Shown: positions 12,485 to 27,183, numbered from the stretch's first letter. The stretch: DNA of 64,000 nt from Octopus vulgaris (GCA_951406725.2 OX597833.1:61938001-62002000); one strand, 5' to 3'. Notes: generated by a model from the letters alone, not told the origin. Translations and numbers: made by a program.

Positions 12485-15400
12485 AGGATAAGCATATTAA
12501 AAGGGGTCTGTGAGAAAACTCATTTAAATAAAAGGGTTGGGAACCACTGTTCCATAGTCTGCTTTGACTTGGTTTCTACAGCTGCATGATGCCCTTCTCA
12601 ATACCAATCGCTTTACAGAGGGTACTGGAGGCACCATCAACAGAAGGTGAGTGTGACCAAAGTAAGTAGGACTGCAAAACAATTAGACTATGACAGACAG
12701 GCAGCTAACTAATGTGAGAGTAATATAATGCCATACCTGCGTGTGACACTGGAGATAGGAACAACATTTGATCATCTTTCTGTACACCTGTTTGGGAAAA
12801 TAAGAGAAAAAAAAAGACGGACTGAAGATTTCAAAATATTCTCTTTATTGATTATGAGGAACTGAAGAAAGAAACAAATGTTACAGAAATTTTATACACA
12901 CACACACAGACACTTGGTTGTTTCAACAGATCATTCATCATGACAGAAGAGAACTAATTAACTCACCTGTTCATCGTATATAGGGTGAGGTACTGGAATG
13001 GAAAAGTAGTTTGATGCCGCAAGACCAGCTTCCAGATAATACTTCATTGCACAGCTATATTGATTGTGAGCTGCGGAAAAGATTCAATATATATATATAT
13101 GTATGTAAGTAAGTATGTGTTTGTGTGTGTGCGGACACGGACACACACAAACAATCTGGCCCAGACTTGTGCCTCGGAGGGTAACTTTCTAGGTGTAATT
13201 GAATGGTCATTCATGATTAAAAGAGTAAAAGTGTTCTTTCCCCTTTATATGAAACTAGCAGTATCGCCCGGCGTTGCTAGGGTTTGTAAAGGAAATAACT
13301 ATATAAGCATTTTTAGAGATGTAAAGTATAATAGCCATCTCAATATGGTTAACCACAAAGGGGGGGGTTACTTGTAGCTTTTTACGTTCTGAGATTTAAT
13401 AATACATTTTTAGAGAGTTACTTCCCTTATATAATAGCAAAAAATGCATTAAAAATGGGAAAAAATGATGGTAAATTTTTTTTTAAATCGCAGACTCATT
13501 GTAGACGCACGCTAATACCCAGAAGGGCTCGATATGAATCACGACTATAAGATACCCGCTTTTGGTTAAACTGCACCGCAAAATGTGGGAGTAGTTAGGA
13601 ATCTAAATCGTAGGAGACAGACACACAACTTCACTTTTATATATATAGATAATTATATATTTTGCACTGTGTTTTGTTATGCATGTGACCTGATCCATAG
13701 AAAAATTGTCTTGCATGAAACCAATCCACAGTGCAAAAGATGGCAGGGAGACCCCTGCTTTACATAACCCTCAGATGTGTGTCAAGGCTGTCCCTTTTCA
13801 GTCAAAGGTGTATGTCATCCAATAAGCTTTTAAACAGTTTCTGATAACTCAGTTTCACTTATAAAGCTTCGGTAACCCAATAATAATAAAAAATAAATGC
13901 GCCGCCCTTTTTGAAGCCTAGCCAGGCTCATGGGCCTGGTTTCTATGGCGTGTGTGTTCCCCAGGTGGACGGGACGCCAGTCCATCGCAGCGTTACTCAG
14001 TTTTGCCAGCTGAGTGGACTGGAGCGACGTGAAATGAAATGTTTTGCTCAAGAACACAACGTGTCGCCCGATCCAGGAATCGAAACCACAATCTTACGAT
14101 CATGGTGCTGACACCCTAACCACTAAGCCACACACCTCCACTTTCGGTAACCCAAAACTATGTTAAAAGGGATACTTCATATTTTACCATAAATGGAAGA
14201 AAGAACCTAAGGTAGAAGTGCCCACACTGTGAGACTGAACCCAAGATTTCATCAATGAAAAAGCAAATCTCTTGACCATCCAACCAAGCCTGTGACCCCT
14301 GCCCACTCGCAAAACACCAAGTCACAAGACAATATAAATGAGAAACAAAGAACAAGGAATTCAATCTTACCAAACTGAATGTCTGCTTCTGTTCTCAACC
14401 ATGACGGGTTTAAGGGATCCTGAGATAAAGCATGGTGCATCAGAAGGGACACGCATTCGGCTAAGGCAGCTGTATCCATGGCACTGCTACTATAAAACAA
14501 TATAACCACATATGTATATGTATTGGAGAGATTTGCTCTACACAAACTTCAAAGTCACTGTCAACGATATTCTTGCTTAACAATAATAAATTTGTACTCA
14601 ACAAAATTATAACATAAAAAACAAACATTTTTATTCTTTTATTCTTTTACTTGTTTCAGTCATTTGACTGCAGCCATGCTGGAGCACCGCCTTTAGTCAA
14701 GCAAATCAACCCCAGAACTTATTCTTTGTAAGCCTAGAACTTATTCTATTGGTTGTTTGCCGAAACGCTAAGTTACACCTGGACAGGACGCCGGTCCGTC
14801 GCAGGTGAGCTGCAAGATGCAGGAGGAAAGAGTGAGAGAAAGTTGTGGCGAAAGAGTCAGCAGAAGTTTGCCATTACCTTCTGCTGGAGTTACATGGAGC
14901 CGAGGTGTTTCGCTCATAAGCACACAGATTGCCCGGTCTGAGATTTGAACCCATGATCCCTCGACCGCGAGTCCGCTGCTCTAACCACTAGGCCATGTGC
15001 CTCCACATATATAAAACGTACTGCTCCATTATTAGTGGAATCAACAAAAAAGGACTCCAACTAAGGACAGATAAATATCATTTAATATAGAGAGGATTTC
15101 AATGTGAGCTACTATAAGTTTCATACCTCTGATAACATAATAGCCAAACAAGCTTGTATGGTATGCTGATAATCATTCAGAAACCTGAATGATTGTCAGG
15201 CAGTGTACATAAAGCTATACAAGCTTGTCCGACAATTATATTACCAGAGACATGAAACTTATAGTAGCTCACATTTAAATCTTGTGCATATTAAATGACA
15301 TATGTGCATACAAACATCATCATCAGTTAACGCCCAGTGTCCATGTTGGCATGGGATGGACAGGTTGACCAGAGCTGGCAAGCTGGGGGAGGGAGGGGTC

Positions 15401-16367
15401 TGCACCAGACTCCAGTCTCATTTAGCATGGTTTCTATGCTTGGATGCTCTCCCTAACACCAACCACTTCACAAGAGTGTGGTGGGTGCTTTTACAAAGCA
15501 CAACACAGGCACTTTTGTATGGCACTGCACAGGGACTTTTACACGGTGCTTTTACGTGGCACCGTCACAGCTGCCTTCATACATATATGAAGTGGGCTGC
15601 AGGGCCACTCTGAAAAGCTCTAGCTTCGACGATTTCATCTCAATCGAAGGAGAGGGGCTTTCTCCGCCCAGGTTGCGGATCTGTGGAATAAGCTGCCGGA
15701 CGAGATAGTGAAGATGCAGACGACCACTCGGTTCAAAGTCTCTCTTGACCAGAAATGGCCTGAACTCTTTGTATGACCACCCTCCCTATACATAACTCCC
15801 TGTCCCCTACATGGCCTTGCTTTTGCCTTTTGAGCCAATTAAAATTGAATCGAAATATATCTTGTAAAGATGTCACTGCTCAATATCACACACTTTAATA
15901 ACTACAAACATCACATCAGCAAACGTGATTTGCTTCTTTGTGTCCAAATATTTTATGTTAAATATATGAAACCAGTCTTACTTGTTTATATTGGTTGGCC
16001 AAATGGTGATGTAATTGCTGAAGATTTCACTGCTGATGTTATCCTGCAACAGATAAACAAAACTATTTGCATCAAAGATGTATAATCTGTTGAAACGTGT
16101 GTGTGTGTGTATACATACATATATATATATATATAACTCGTCCGTTTTTCCGTCCTTGTTTTGTATACATTCGAGGCTTTCTTCCAAGTAAATCTAATGC
16201 ACTTGGCTTAGATTTTCCTTTGGGGCTGGCTAGATCGGAGCAACAGCCGAAATTGCAAGGATGATCCAGTTCTTGACTGAAGATTGAAGGCTTCGAATGT
16301 CCTGTCCATGTTTTTCGTATCGTCTTCTAAATGTTTTGCATTCTTGTCCTAGTTTGTATTTTTTTAC

Positions 16368-16406
<39 letters not shown>

Positions 16407-19400
16407 TTCTGTTGCTGTGAATCAATGGTAGGAGAGGGTAATAAATTTACATGAAATATCCCAGAGTAGTGTCCCTTGACAATAGTTTTTCTTTTTTAAC
16501 TTCTTTTTTCATGTATTGTAATATTGTTCTATAACCGAAGATCAGCTCTGATTTGGTAAACCTATAATCAAAGTGGCCATCATCACTGTACCTTTAATTT
16601 TTCAAACACACTAAACACTCAGTTTATATAGACATTGGTAACTGTAAAACCACAGACAGATGACCAATATATATATATGTATATATACCCATGCTCGCTT
16701 GGAAAACGGATGTTAAACGATGATGGTGATACATATTTATATATATATATATATACCGTAAATCCTCGAGTATAGTCCGCCCTTGAGTATAACATACAGG
16801 GGATTTTTAGGGAGCTGTACCTCTGAAAAACCTAAACCTTGTGTATAATATGCACCCCTTCTCTAACTTGAGTCAAGGAGGTCTATGTACCATCCTTGGT
16901 TTGTAAAAATGTATACGGTAACATCCTTTATTATTATTGTATATATAACATAATGCAAACGTGTAGCTTTTTTGTGCATTTTGTTTGCAGAAAATAAAGA
17001 AATAACAGGAATAATGTTTAATAAATGTTGCTTACTGCAAGTTATGGATGATTCTTTTGTGACTTCATTGCTTTCAGGCTTAGCTTAAGGTATTTTCGCG
17101 CTCAACATCACAAAATGCATCAGAATAAACATTGCTGGACAGCAAATAGAGATTTGGACATTGCTCAGAAGATATTTTTCATTTTTAACCTCGTATATAG
17201 TATGCACTAGGGATTTTGACCTTTAAGTTTTGGGGAAAAAATGCAGATTATACTCAAGGATTTGCAGTATATAACCAGCATATAAAGCATAAACCCAGGC
17301 AGATGACATAGGTAGCCAGTGTATACAGTAAGTGGCTAGCATAAACCCACAGACATGTGACTGGTGTATATAGACAGTGGTTGGCATAAAACCAGACACA
17401 CGAGTAATGTATATAACCAGAGTATATAGCTAGAGTATATAACCAGTGTATATATAGCCAGTGGTTAGCATAAACTTACAGACAAGTAACTAGTATACAC
17501 AGTTGGTGTATATAACCAGTGTATACAGCCAGTGATTAGTGTAAATTCACAGGCAGGTGACTAGTGTACATATGGGGCCAGTTCCTGGAGTATCATCATC
17601 ATCATCATTTAACATCTGCTTTCCATGCTAGCATGGGTTGGACGATTTGACTGAGGACTGGCGAACCAGATGGCTGCGCCAGGCTCCAATCTGATCTGGC
17701 AGGGTTTCTACAGCTGGATGCCCTTCCTCACGCCAACCACTCCGAGAGTGTAGTATCATTATTTATTTAATGACTAACGTATTTGTAACATCAATAATGA
17801 CGGCAAATAAGTTTATCGTATTAAAATATATTGAAACTGATAAAAAAGTCCGATGATAGGCAATACACCTTGAAACCATGGTCCGTGTGTGGTTTCCGCT
17901 TCATCGGGGAATTACCTCCCTTTGCAGGTTTAGGGCACCGTGACGGTGTCGAGCCTTTCTGGTGACGTCGATGTTCGCCTGGGGCTAAATGCAACAGTAA
18001 CACCCCCACCACCCTGCCCTGTCCCTAGCCATATTCAGATGGCTTTAGTCCCTTATGTTATCGAGCAGTTACTGTCTATATCCCTTTTAGAGAATTATTA
18101 TTGCTTTCGAACAGATTTTCGAAATCAGCAAATGTATTTTGCTTGAAAATCTATATAAGAAAATCCTGCAGAGTGAGAATTCGTCGAGGAAGCGGAGGCC
18201 TACCACACGCCGATGATAGGCAATACACCTTGAAACCATGGTCCGTGTGTGGTTTCCGCTTCATCGGGGAATTACCTCCCTTTGCAGGTTTAGGGCACCG
18301 TGACGGTGTCGAGCCTTTCTGGTGACGTCGATGTTCGCCTGGGGCTAAATGCAACAGTAACACCCCCACCACCCTGCCCTGTCCCTAGCCATATTCAGAT
18401 GGCTTTAGTCCCTTATGATAAAAAAGTTGAAATTTAGAAAAGGACAATTATTTTTTTTATAGCAACCACAAGAGATAATGTAATAAGACTGTAGTTACCT
18501 CCCTTTGCAAGACACAGCCTATATAAATATACACCGGCATTTATTATAGGAGTGATGTTACTCTAATTGCTTGGTTTTAGTTTGTTTTTTGTTTTTGTTT
18601 TATTTATGAAATTTTATGGAGAGAAGTAATTTACAAGAAGACTTATTGAAATGAAGAAGCTTGAGAAAATTTGATTACTAACCTTCAAAATATTGTACAG
18701 TTTGGTCAAACAAGAAATTAAGAAACTAAGTATGGTTGGTTCCTGTAAAAGAAAATTAGTTGATGAACATTAGGTTTAGCTTTTAGAGATCATCTTTTAA
18801 TGAATTTAAGGGAAATTTTGTAAAATAATAAATAATACAAAATACACATAGGAGGAGTGGCTGTGTGGTAAGTAGCTTGCTTACCAACCACATGGGTCCA
18901 GGTTCAGTCCCACTGTGTGGAACCTTGGGCAAGGGTCTTCTACTATAGCCTCGGGCCAACCAAAGCCTTGTGAATGGATTTGTTAGACAGAAACTGAAAG
19001 AAGCCTGTCGAATATATATATATATGTATGTATATGTTTGTGTGTCTGTGTGTCTGTGTTTGTCCCCACAACATCGCTTGACAACTGATGTTGGTGTGTT
19101 TATGCCCCCTTCACTTAGTGGTTCGGCAAAAGAGACCGATAGAATAAGTACTAAGTTTACAAAGAATAAGTCCTAGAACCAACCATCCAGCAGAGTGGAC
19201 TTTTTACATGGCACAAGCACAGGTGAGGTCAGTTTGGGCAAGGTTTTTACAGCTGGATGTCCTTCTGAACACCAACCAGGGTTACCAAGTACTTGCAAGA
19301 CAAATAAAAGAAAAATATAAGCGAGGAGGGGGCACTGAAGGAGGTGATCTTGTGTTGGATGATGGAAGGTTATAGTGAGACAGAGAGACAAAAACAGGTG

Positions 19401-20347
19401 ACTTGCTGTAGAAGAAGTACAAGGTTACCTGAAGAGAGAGGGGGAGAGAAAGAAAGAGAGAGAGGGAGGGAGAGAGAAAGAAACAGAGAGAGAGAGAGGG
19501 AGAGAGAAAGAAAGAAACAGAGAGAGATATTAAGAATGAAGACAGAATGAAGAATGAGATCAAGAATGGTGACAAGAATGAGAGATTAAGAATGAAGACA
19601 GAAGGCGTGCTACCACAAAGGAAAATAGACATTAATATGATGATGATGATGATGATGAACAAGGATACAAAAAAAAAAAAGGACATAAGAGAGAAAAAGT
19701 GCTCAACAGATTGTACCTACCTTGATTTTCTTGATAAACTGACAGAAACTTTCTTTTGACATAACTGCCAAAGAATTGTTCCGATGTATCATTGTTTCAC
19801 GACCTGTAATCGACCTTTTCTGAGAAAGATTGTCAGAAAAGATATTCCCCACTGGAGACCATTAACAAGAAAAAAAACAAAAGTCAATAAATAAATGAAC
19901 AAAAAAAACTCTTGGTTATGGTAATTAGACATAACATGGAAGACAAATCACACTAGGCCAACAATAAAACACTTTCAATGGAGGCAATAATAATAATAAT
20001 AATCTTTTCTTCTAAAGGCACAAGGCCTGAAATTTTGGGGGAGGGGTCTCATCGATTACGTCAACCTCAGTGTACAACTGGTACTTATTTCCTTGACCCC
20101 AAGAGGATGCAAGGTAAAGTGGACTTCAGCGGAATTCGAATTCAGAACGTAGCGACGGGCAAAATACTGCAAAGCATTTTGCCCAGTGTGCTAATGATTC
20201 TGCCAGCTCGCTGACATCAAAAGGACAAAAGGCAAAGTTGACCTTGGCAGAAGAAGAAGAAGATGATTTGAACTCAGAAAGTAAAGACAGAAGAAACGTC
20301 ATTAGGCTTTTTGTCCAGTGTACTAACGGTTCCGCTAGCTTGCCACC

Positions 20348-20403
<56 letters not shown>

Positions 20404-20810
20404 GATAATAATAATGATAATGATGATAATGATAATAATAATGATGATGATGATGATGATTTTGCCACAAGGGCAGCAATTTTGGGGGAGGGGATGAGTC
20501 GATTACATCGACCCCAGTATTCAACTGGTACTTATTTTATCAACTCTGAAAAGATGAAAGGCAAAGTAAACCTGGGTGGAATTTGAACTCAGAACGTAAA
20601 GACAGACAAAATGTTGCTAAGCATTTTACCTGGTGTGCTAACAATTCTGCCAGCTCACTGCCTTAATAATAATAATAATGATAATAATAATAATAATGAT
20701 GATGATGATGATGATGATGATAATAATAATAATAATAATGATGGTAATAATAATAATAATAATTGATAATAATAATAATGATAATAATGATAATAATGAT
20801 AATAATAATG

Positions 20811-20860
<50 letters not shown>

Positions 20861-23115
20861 AATAATAATGATGATAATAATAATAATTATAATAATAATA
20901 ATGATAAAAAGTTATGAAGGAGAGCTAAAAACATAATTCATAGAATTTAAGCCGAAATCATATTATGCTAGAAATAATATATGGCATCAAAAGACAAAAT
21001 AACTGAAGTCAAAGCAACAAACCTGCTTCCCAGAAATCTCGAGCTGGTTTACGAGCAGTCTTGGTTCCATTGATTTCTTTACAAGCCCTTGCCAAAAGAA
21101 GACTGACCTACAGAGATAACACATATATAAGAAATGTGAAGACCAGAGCATGTTTCAACTTTATTTACCTTAAAGTTGTCGTATTTTGGTAATTTCAACC
21201 AATCAATGACGTGTATTCAGCTGAATAAAAATTACTGCCATTGTTTGTCAACAACTATCGGCGGTGTATTTTTCATTTGTCACTGTTATATATGACATAA
21301 TTCGTGCGTTTGTACTGGTTTTAAGGTTAGGGTTTAAGGGTTAGAGTGTTAGGATTAGGGGGTTAGGGTTGTCATAAATAACAGTGACAAATGAAATATA
21401 CACCGCCAGAAAATCTTGTTGACAAACAACAGCAGTAATTTTATTCAGCTGAATACACATCATTGATTGGTTGAAATTACCGAAATACGAGAACTTTAAG
21501 AGATGCTACTGATAAAAAAATTTCAATGCTACACATGGTATCTCAAAAGCTAAAAAGTAAATTTGTGCTACAATAAACCTGGCATGTGCCATCAGTAATT
21601 ACTCAGGGTAGGCAATTGGTGACCATTATATAGTAAAACACAGGTGCGTACGTGTGTGTGTGTGTGTGGATGTGGTCATGCAGTTAAGGAGTTTGTTTCT
21701 GAACCACATGGCTTCAAGTTCAATCCTATGGCATGCCATCTTGAGCAAGCTTTTTCTATGGCTTGTGAGTATATTTGGTAGATGGAAACTGAAAGAAGCC
21801 CATTGAGTGCATGTGTGTTTGTCTGTTTGTCTCCTTGTCTTGACATTGCTCAATACTTGTAAAAGAGCATCTCCGTCATGCAAGCAGTGTTGCTCATATC
21901 CAATCTTCCACAAAAACATGTCTGACCATGAGGAAATATTCCTTTACTCGGAAAAAGGTGAAGGTTGGCAACGGGAAGGGCATCCAGCTTCGAAAATCTG
22001 AGTCAAAAAATTCTGTTTGATCCAGGCAAGCGTGAAAAAGTGGGCAGTAAAATGATGACAGCAATGACAAAATACTCACACATACACTCAGAAACAGGAT
22101 GTAATTTTGAAGAAACTACACACATACACAGTTAAAAATAAAGTCAAGCAACAAATGGTATATGTATACACACTCACACATACATACACCCTGACCAATA
22201 TGTGATATAATGTGGAAAAAAATTGTTTGTGTTCCTTCTTACCTCAATAAAACCATTACTGGAACCTTCCATATTACTGAGATATTCCCAGTCTTTGACA
22301 TTCAGCAAGAACACAGCAGCTTGTTCCACAACTTCCGGTGTCGGAGGGGTGTCTAAAATGAAAATATGGAACTGGAGTTGGTTGTTGTTAAACCCCTAGC
22401 TCAACACACCTCTATAATCAGCTCAGCCCTAATTTGACATACCTCCTGCCAAACTTCAGGCTTCGTTCCTTTAGTAGAAAGGATTTATTATTATGTGCAC
22501 TGTTCCCATCAGACTTAACCCTTTAGTGTTTAAACCGGCCACATCTGGTCCAGATAGTCAACTTGTTTTATATTTGAATTAGCCATATCTAACCTCTCAC
22601 ACCTAACCTACATTGACATTCTAAAAATAAACAATCACATCATTGAAACCTCAAAGCTATAAGATAATGCATGATTAATTCAAAACGATTTGAGTGAAAA
22701 AAGTATTACATGTAATAGAGTAATCTGAACACTAAAGGGTTAATGAGGTTAGAGTCACTATGAGAATGGTATTTATAAAGAAATCTGTTCTATTAAGAAC
22801 AAGGATTGTTCAAAAGTTCCTTGTTATCTAAGGAAACAACCAGCTGTGACCTGGCGGCGACAGCGATGACAACAACAATAATGATCATCATCATCATCAT
22901 TTAGCATCCGCTTTCCATGCTAGCATGGGTTGGACGGTTCAACTGGGGTCTGGTAAGCCATGGAGGCTGGACCAGGCCTAGTCTGATCTGGCAATGTTTC
23001 TACGGCTGGATGCCCTTCCTAACACCACCCACTCTGTAAGTGTAATGGGTGCTTTTTACGTGCCACCGGCACAGGGACTGAACCCAATGATGATGATAAT
23101 AATAATGATAATAAA

Positions 23116-23158
<43 letters not shown>

Positions 23159-25281
23159 TCAACAACAGCAACAAGAGAAGAAGATTAGTTACCAACCTTG
23201 TCCAGATCTGACAGTGTTCAGACAAGACTTGGCCTTGTTGGCCAATTCATGCAGTTTGTCATTGCTGCACACACTGCTATCGGCCTGATACAGGTCAACC
23301 AGCAGCATCTGGTACTGATGGTGCTTGGTGAGGGCAAAGTTGTAGTCCTTTATTGCCATCATGGCAGATGTTAACAGGTCCCGTGCCATGTTGTAGGCCT
23401 GAGAGAGAGAGAGAAAATACAAATGGGTAATCACAGGAGAAAAAAATTAGAAACAACGATACAAAAAATGGAAATGGGTTGAAAGAGTCTATGAATTTAC
23501 ACCTTGGGCAAGTGGCTTCTGCTATAGCAGTTTGAAGAAGAAAATAGCACAATAATGTTTGTTAAGACATTTCAACCATGACCATCAAGTCTTTTAAGCA
23601 GATTAAGATTATCTGGGACAAAGATGGAAAAGGAAAACAAAAACAAAAACAAAGCAGACTCTTTTCTTTTAATTACTTCTTTGTGACTGTGAGCAGCAAG
23701 ATGAATGAAAGAGGAAACAGTAAGGAAACAGTGATGATGATGACAATGATGACGATGATGATGATGATGATGAGCGTTAAAATTCTATGTGACCTACCTT
23801 CAGCTTTAGGCAATGGCGTGACTTGCCCACCAATATATAAGCGTACGTCTGCTGCATACTAGATGGCATACTCTCCAGCATTTGGCGCAGGGGTTTAGGG
23901 ACCTGCCACTGTTGGAACAAAGAAAACAAATACATAAGAAAAGAAAAAATAAATTTAACATTTGGCATCCGTTGCTAGTGGAGTGCTAAGAGTACCATAC
24001 GAGTGAGGTAGTTGCCAGAGCAACAAGCTGGCCTTCGTACCAATGGCATGTTAAAAACACCATTCGAGCGTGATCGCTACCGCGTCGCCTTACTAGCACT
24101 TGTGCTGGCGGCACGTGAAAAAGAAAAAAACATTCGAGCGAGGTCATTGCCAGTGCCGCTGGACTGGCTCCTGTACAGGTGGCACATAAAAAGCACCATT
24201 TGAGCGTGGCCGTTACCAGTACCACCAAACTAGCCCTTGTGTCGGTGGCATGTAAAACCACCTACTACACTCTCGGAGTGGTTTGTGTTAGGAAGGGCAT
24301 CCAGCTGTAGAAACTGCCAGATCAGATTGGAGTTTGGTTCGCCAGACCTCAGTCAAATCATCCAACCCATGCTAGCATGGAAAGCGGACGTTAAATGATG
24401 ATGATGAAGATGATCCAACTAAATGGAATTTGGTTGGTGCGCAAACTGTATAAGATTTGATCGACGATATAGAACATGGATAAGATTTCCTCTGTGTTTT
24501 TATGCCTTGCAAGTTTTATGACAGCCTCACTAGCGCCAGTAACATGTAAAAAGCATCCAGTACATTTTGTAAAGTGGTTAGTTTTAGGAAGGGCATCATC
24601 ATCATCGTTTAACGTCCGCTTTCCATGCTAGAATGGGTTGGACGATTTTGACTGAGGGCTGGCAAACCAGATGACTGCACCAGGCTCCAATCTTGATCTG
24701 GCAGAGTTTCTACAGCTAGACGCCCTTCCTAACACCAACCACTCTGAGAGTGTAGTGGGTGCTTTTACATGCCACCGGCACGGGGGCCAGTCAGGCAGTA
24801 TTGGCAATGACCTCACTCAAATCCTTTTACACATGCCACTGAGACAGGCGCCAGTAAGGCGATGCTGGTAACGATCACGTTCGAATGGTGCCTTTTACGT
24901 GCCACCGACACAGAAGCCAGTTGGCTGCTCTAGCAATGATCACACTCCAGTCATAAAAACCATGTCAATGATGATATTGGAGCCTGACGCAGCCCTTCAG
25001 TCTGTCAGTTCCTTGTCAAACCGCCCAATCCATGCCAGCATGAAAAGCTGCCGTTCAAGAATTTGGACCTGGAGATCTCCATTTCCAGCGACTTCGAGGG
25101 GGCCACCTCCCAGTGGTGTCGGGCATCAATGAAGAGCCCTCGACTACAACAAGACGACCAAAGTTTTTTTTTTTTTTTTCCAAGGTCTGAGGTCTCCCAC
25201 CCCTAAGCCCTAGACTATCACCTAATCACCCTTACCTGTCTTGTTGCTTAACAACAACAACAACATGAAAAGCTAACATTA

Positions 25282-25313
<32 letters not shown>

Positions 25314-27152
25314 CGAGAGACTGTATAAGATTTGGCAGATATGAAGACCATATAAGATTTGGTTGATATACAGGCTGTACAGTAGGCTCAGGTAACTACA
25401 TAACAATGACTTCCTAGTAACTGTTGCCAACAACAACAAATGTAGAACTGTTCGCTACCTCCCACACCCATCATTCACCTACCTCCAAGAGTTGGGAAGA
25501 ATAACTTACATCAGTGAGGGCCATTATCTGGTTCGGATGTCGACCCCACTTCTGCGTCAGCTTAATGATCAAATCTTCGACCTTCTGCGGATTGCACTCA
25601 TACAAGATTTGTCGTTCCGCTTCACTGACCGCCGACACAGAATCTAAGATGGAGTATTAAAGAAAAAAAAACAAAGATAAAAGATTGAAGAAATGAAGGA
25701 ATTAAAAGACAAAGATGCATAGAAAGAGATTTTATAAGAAATTAAAACAACCCAGAGAAGGTATGTGAATTATATTGTTCCATGTCACCTTAGATTAAAC
25801 AGACTTATGATCAAAGGCTTTCCAGCCATGAACATCCTAGCTTTTAGTCAACCCAGGACTACACTGTCTAACATGCCCATCCTCTTTGATTATGAATTGA
25901 AAAGGATTTGGCTGCTATTTCCAGCAGACTGAATATCCACATTGAGGCTCTGTGATCAGTGTGATGAGAAGAGTGGTTGTATGATTTATGGCTACAATAC
26001 ATATATATACATACAAATGACAGGCTTCTTTCAGTTTCCATCTACCAAATCCACTCACAAGGCTTTGGACGGCCTGAGGCTATAGTAGAAGATACTTGCC
26101 CTAGGTGCCACGCAGTGGGACTGAACCCACAACCATGTGGTTGGTAAGCAAGCTACTTACCACACAGCCACTCCTATGCCTATAATGTTGATTTTTAAAT
26201 TGATAATCCTAAAGGCAAGCCACAACATCATCATCATCATCATCATTTAGCGTCCGCTTTCCATGCTAGCATGGGTTGGACGGTTCAACTGGGGTCTATG
26301 AAGCCAGAAGCCTGCATCAGGCCCAGTCTGATGTGGCAGTGTTTCTACGGCTGGATGCCTTTCCTAACGCCAACCACTCCGTGAGTGTAGTGGGTGCTTT
26401 TTACGTGCCACCCGTACAGGTGCCAGACAGAGCTGGCAAACATGGGACAGACAAACAGATTAAGTCGATTATATCGACCCCAGTGCGTAACTGGTACTAA
26501 TTTAATCGACCCCGGAATTTGAACTCAGACCGTAGCGGCAGACGAAATACCGCTAAGTATTTTGCCCAGCATGCTAACGATTCTGCTAGCTCACCACTTT
26601 TAATATCACTGATATTAAATGGTAAATGATTGGCAACTATTCTGTTGTGAGAGTTTTCTGCAGAATACATACCTGGGTAAGACATCGTGCCATAATCACA
26701 GGAGATTTCTTCGCAGAAGACATCTTCCCTGTCTTCAAAGTTTAACATTTCAACACGTTCATTTTCAGTCAGGTAGGAATAAACATCACTTTTTGTGAGC
26801 AGAGCGACAAACTTCGTTTCTCGTGGCAAGAGCTGAGCAAGGTACCTGGGGAAGAGAGAGAGAAGAAAGAGGTGTAGGTGAGAAATGAGGAACAATGGAA
26901 CAACAACTGAGGACGGAGGAATGTGGAGTAGTGAATGCAGTGTACAGGAAAGAGAGATTACTCTTTTACTTGTTTCAGTCATTTGACTGCGGCCATGCTG
27001 GAGCACTGCCTTTTTAGTCGAGTAAGTCGACCCCAGGACTTATTCTTTGTAAGCCCAGTACTTATTCTATCGGTCTCTTTTGCCGAACCGCTAAGTCACA
27101 GGGATGTAAACACCACCATCGGTTGTCAAGCAATGGTGGGGGACAAACACAA

Positions 27153-27183
<31 letters not shown>

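Noticed and set aside
16255-16310. CTGAAGA...CGAAT as a hammerhead (also in the 38-kb hairpins)
   Set aside because: It has GAAT rather than GAAA and no convincing stem II or stem I; at most a decayed relic.
21325-21370. Interstitial telomere
   Set aside because: Only a few degenerate TTAGGG units, confined to the loop of a fold-back element.
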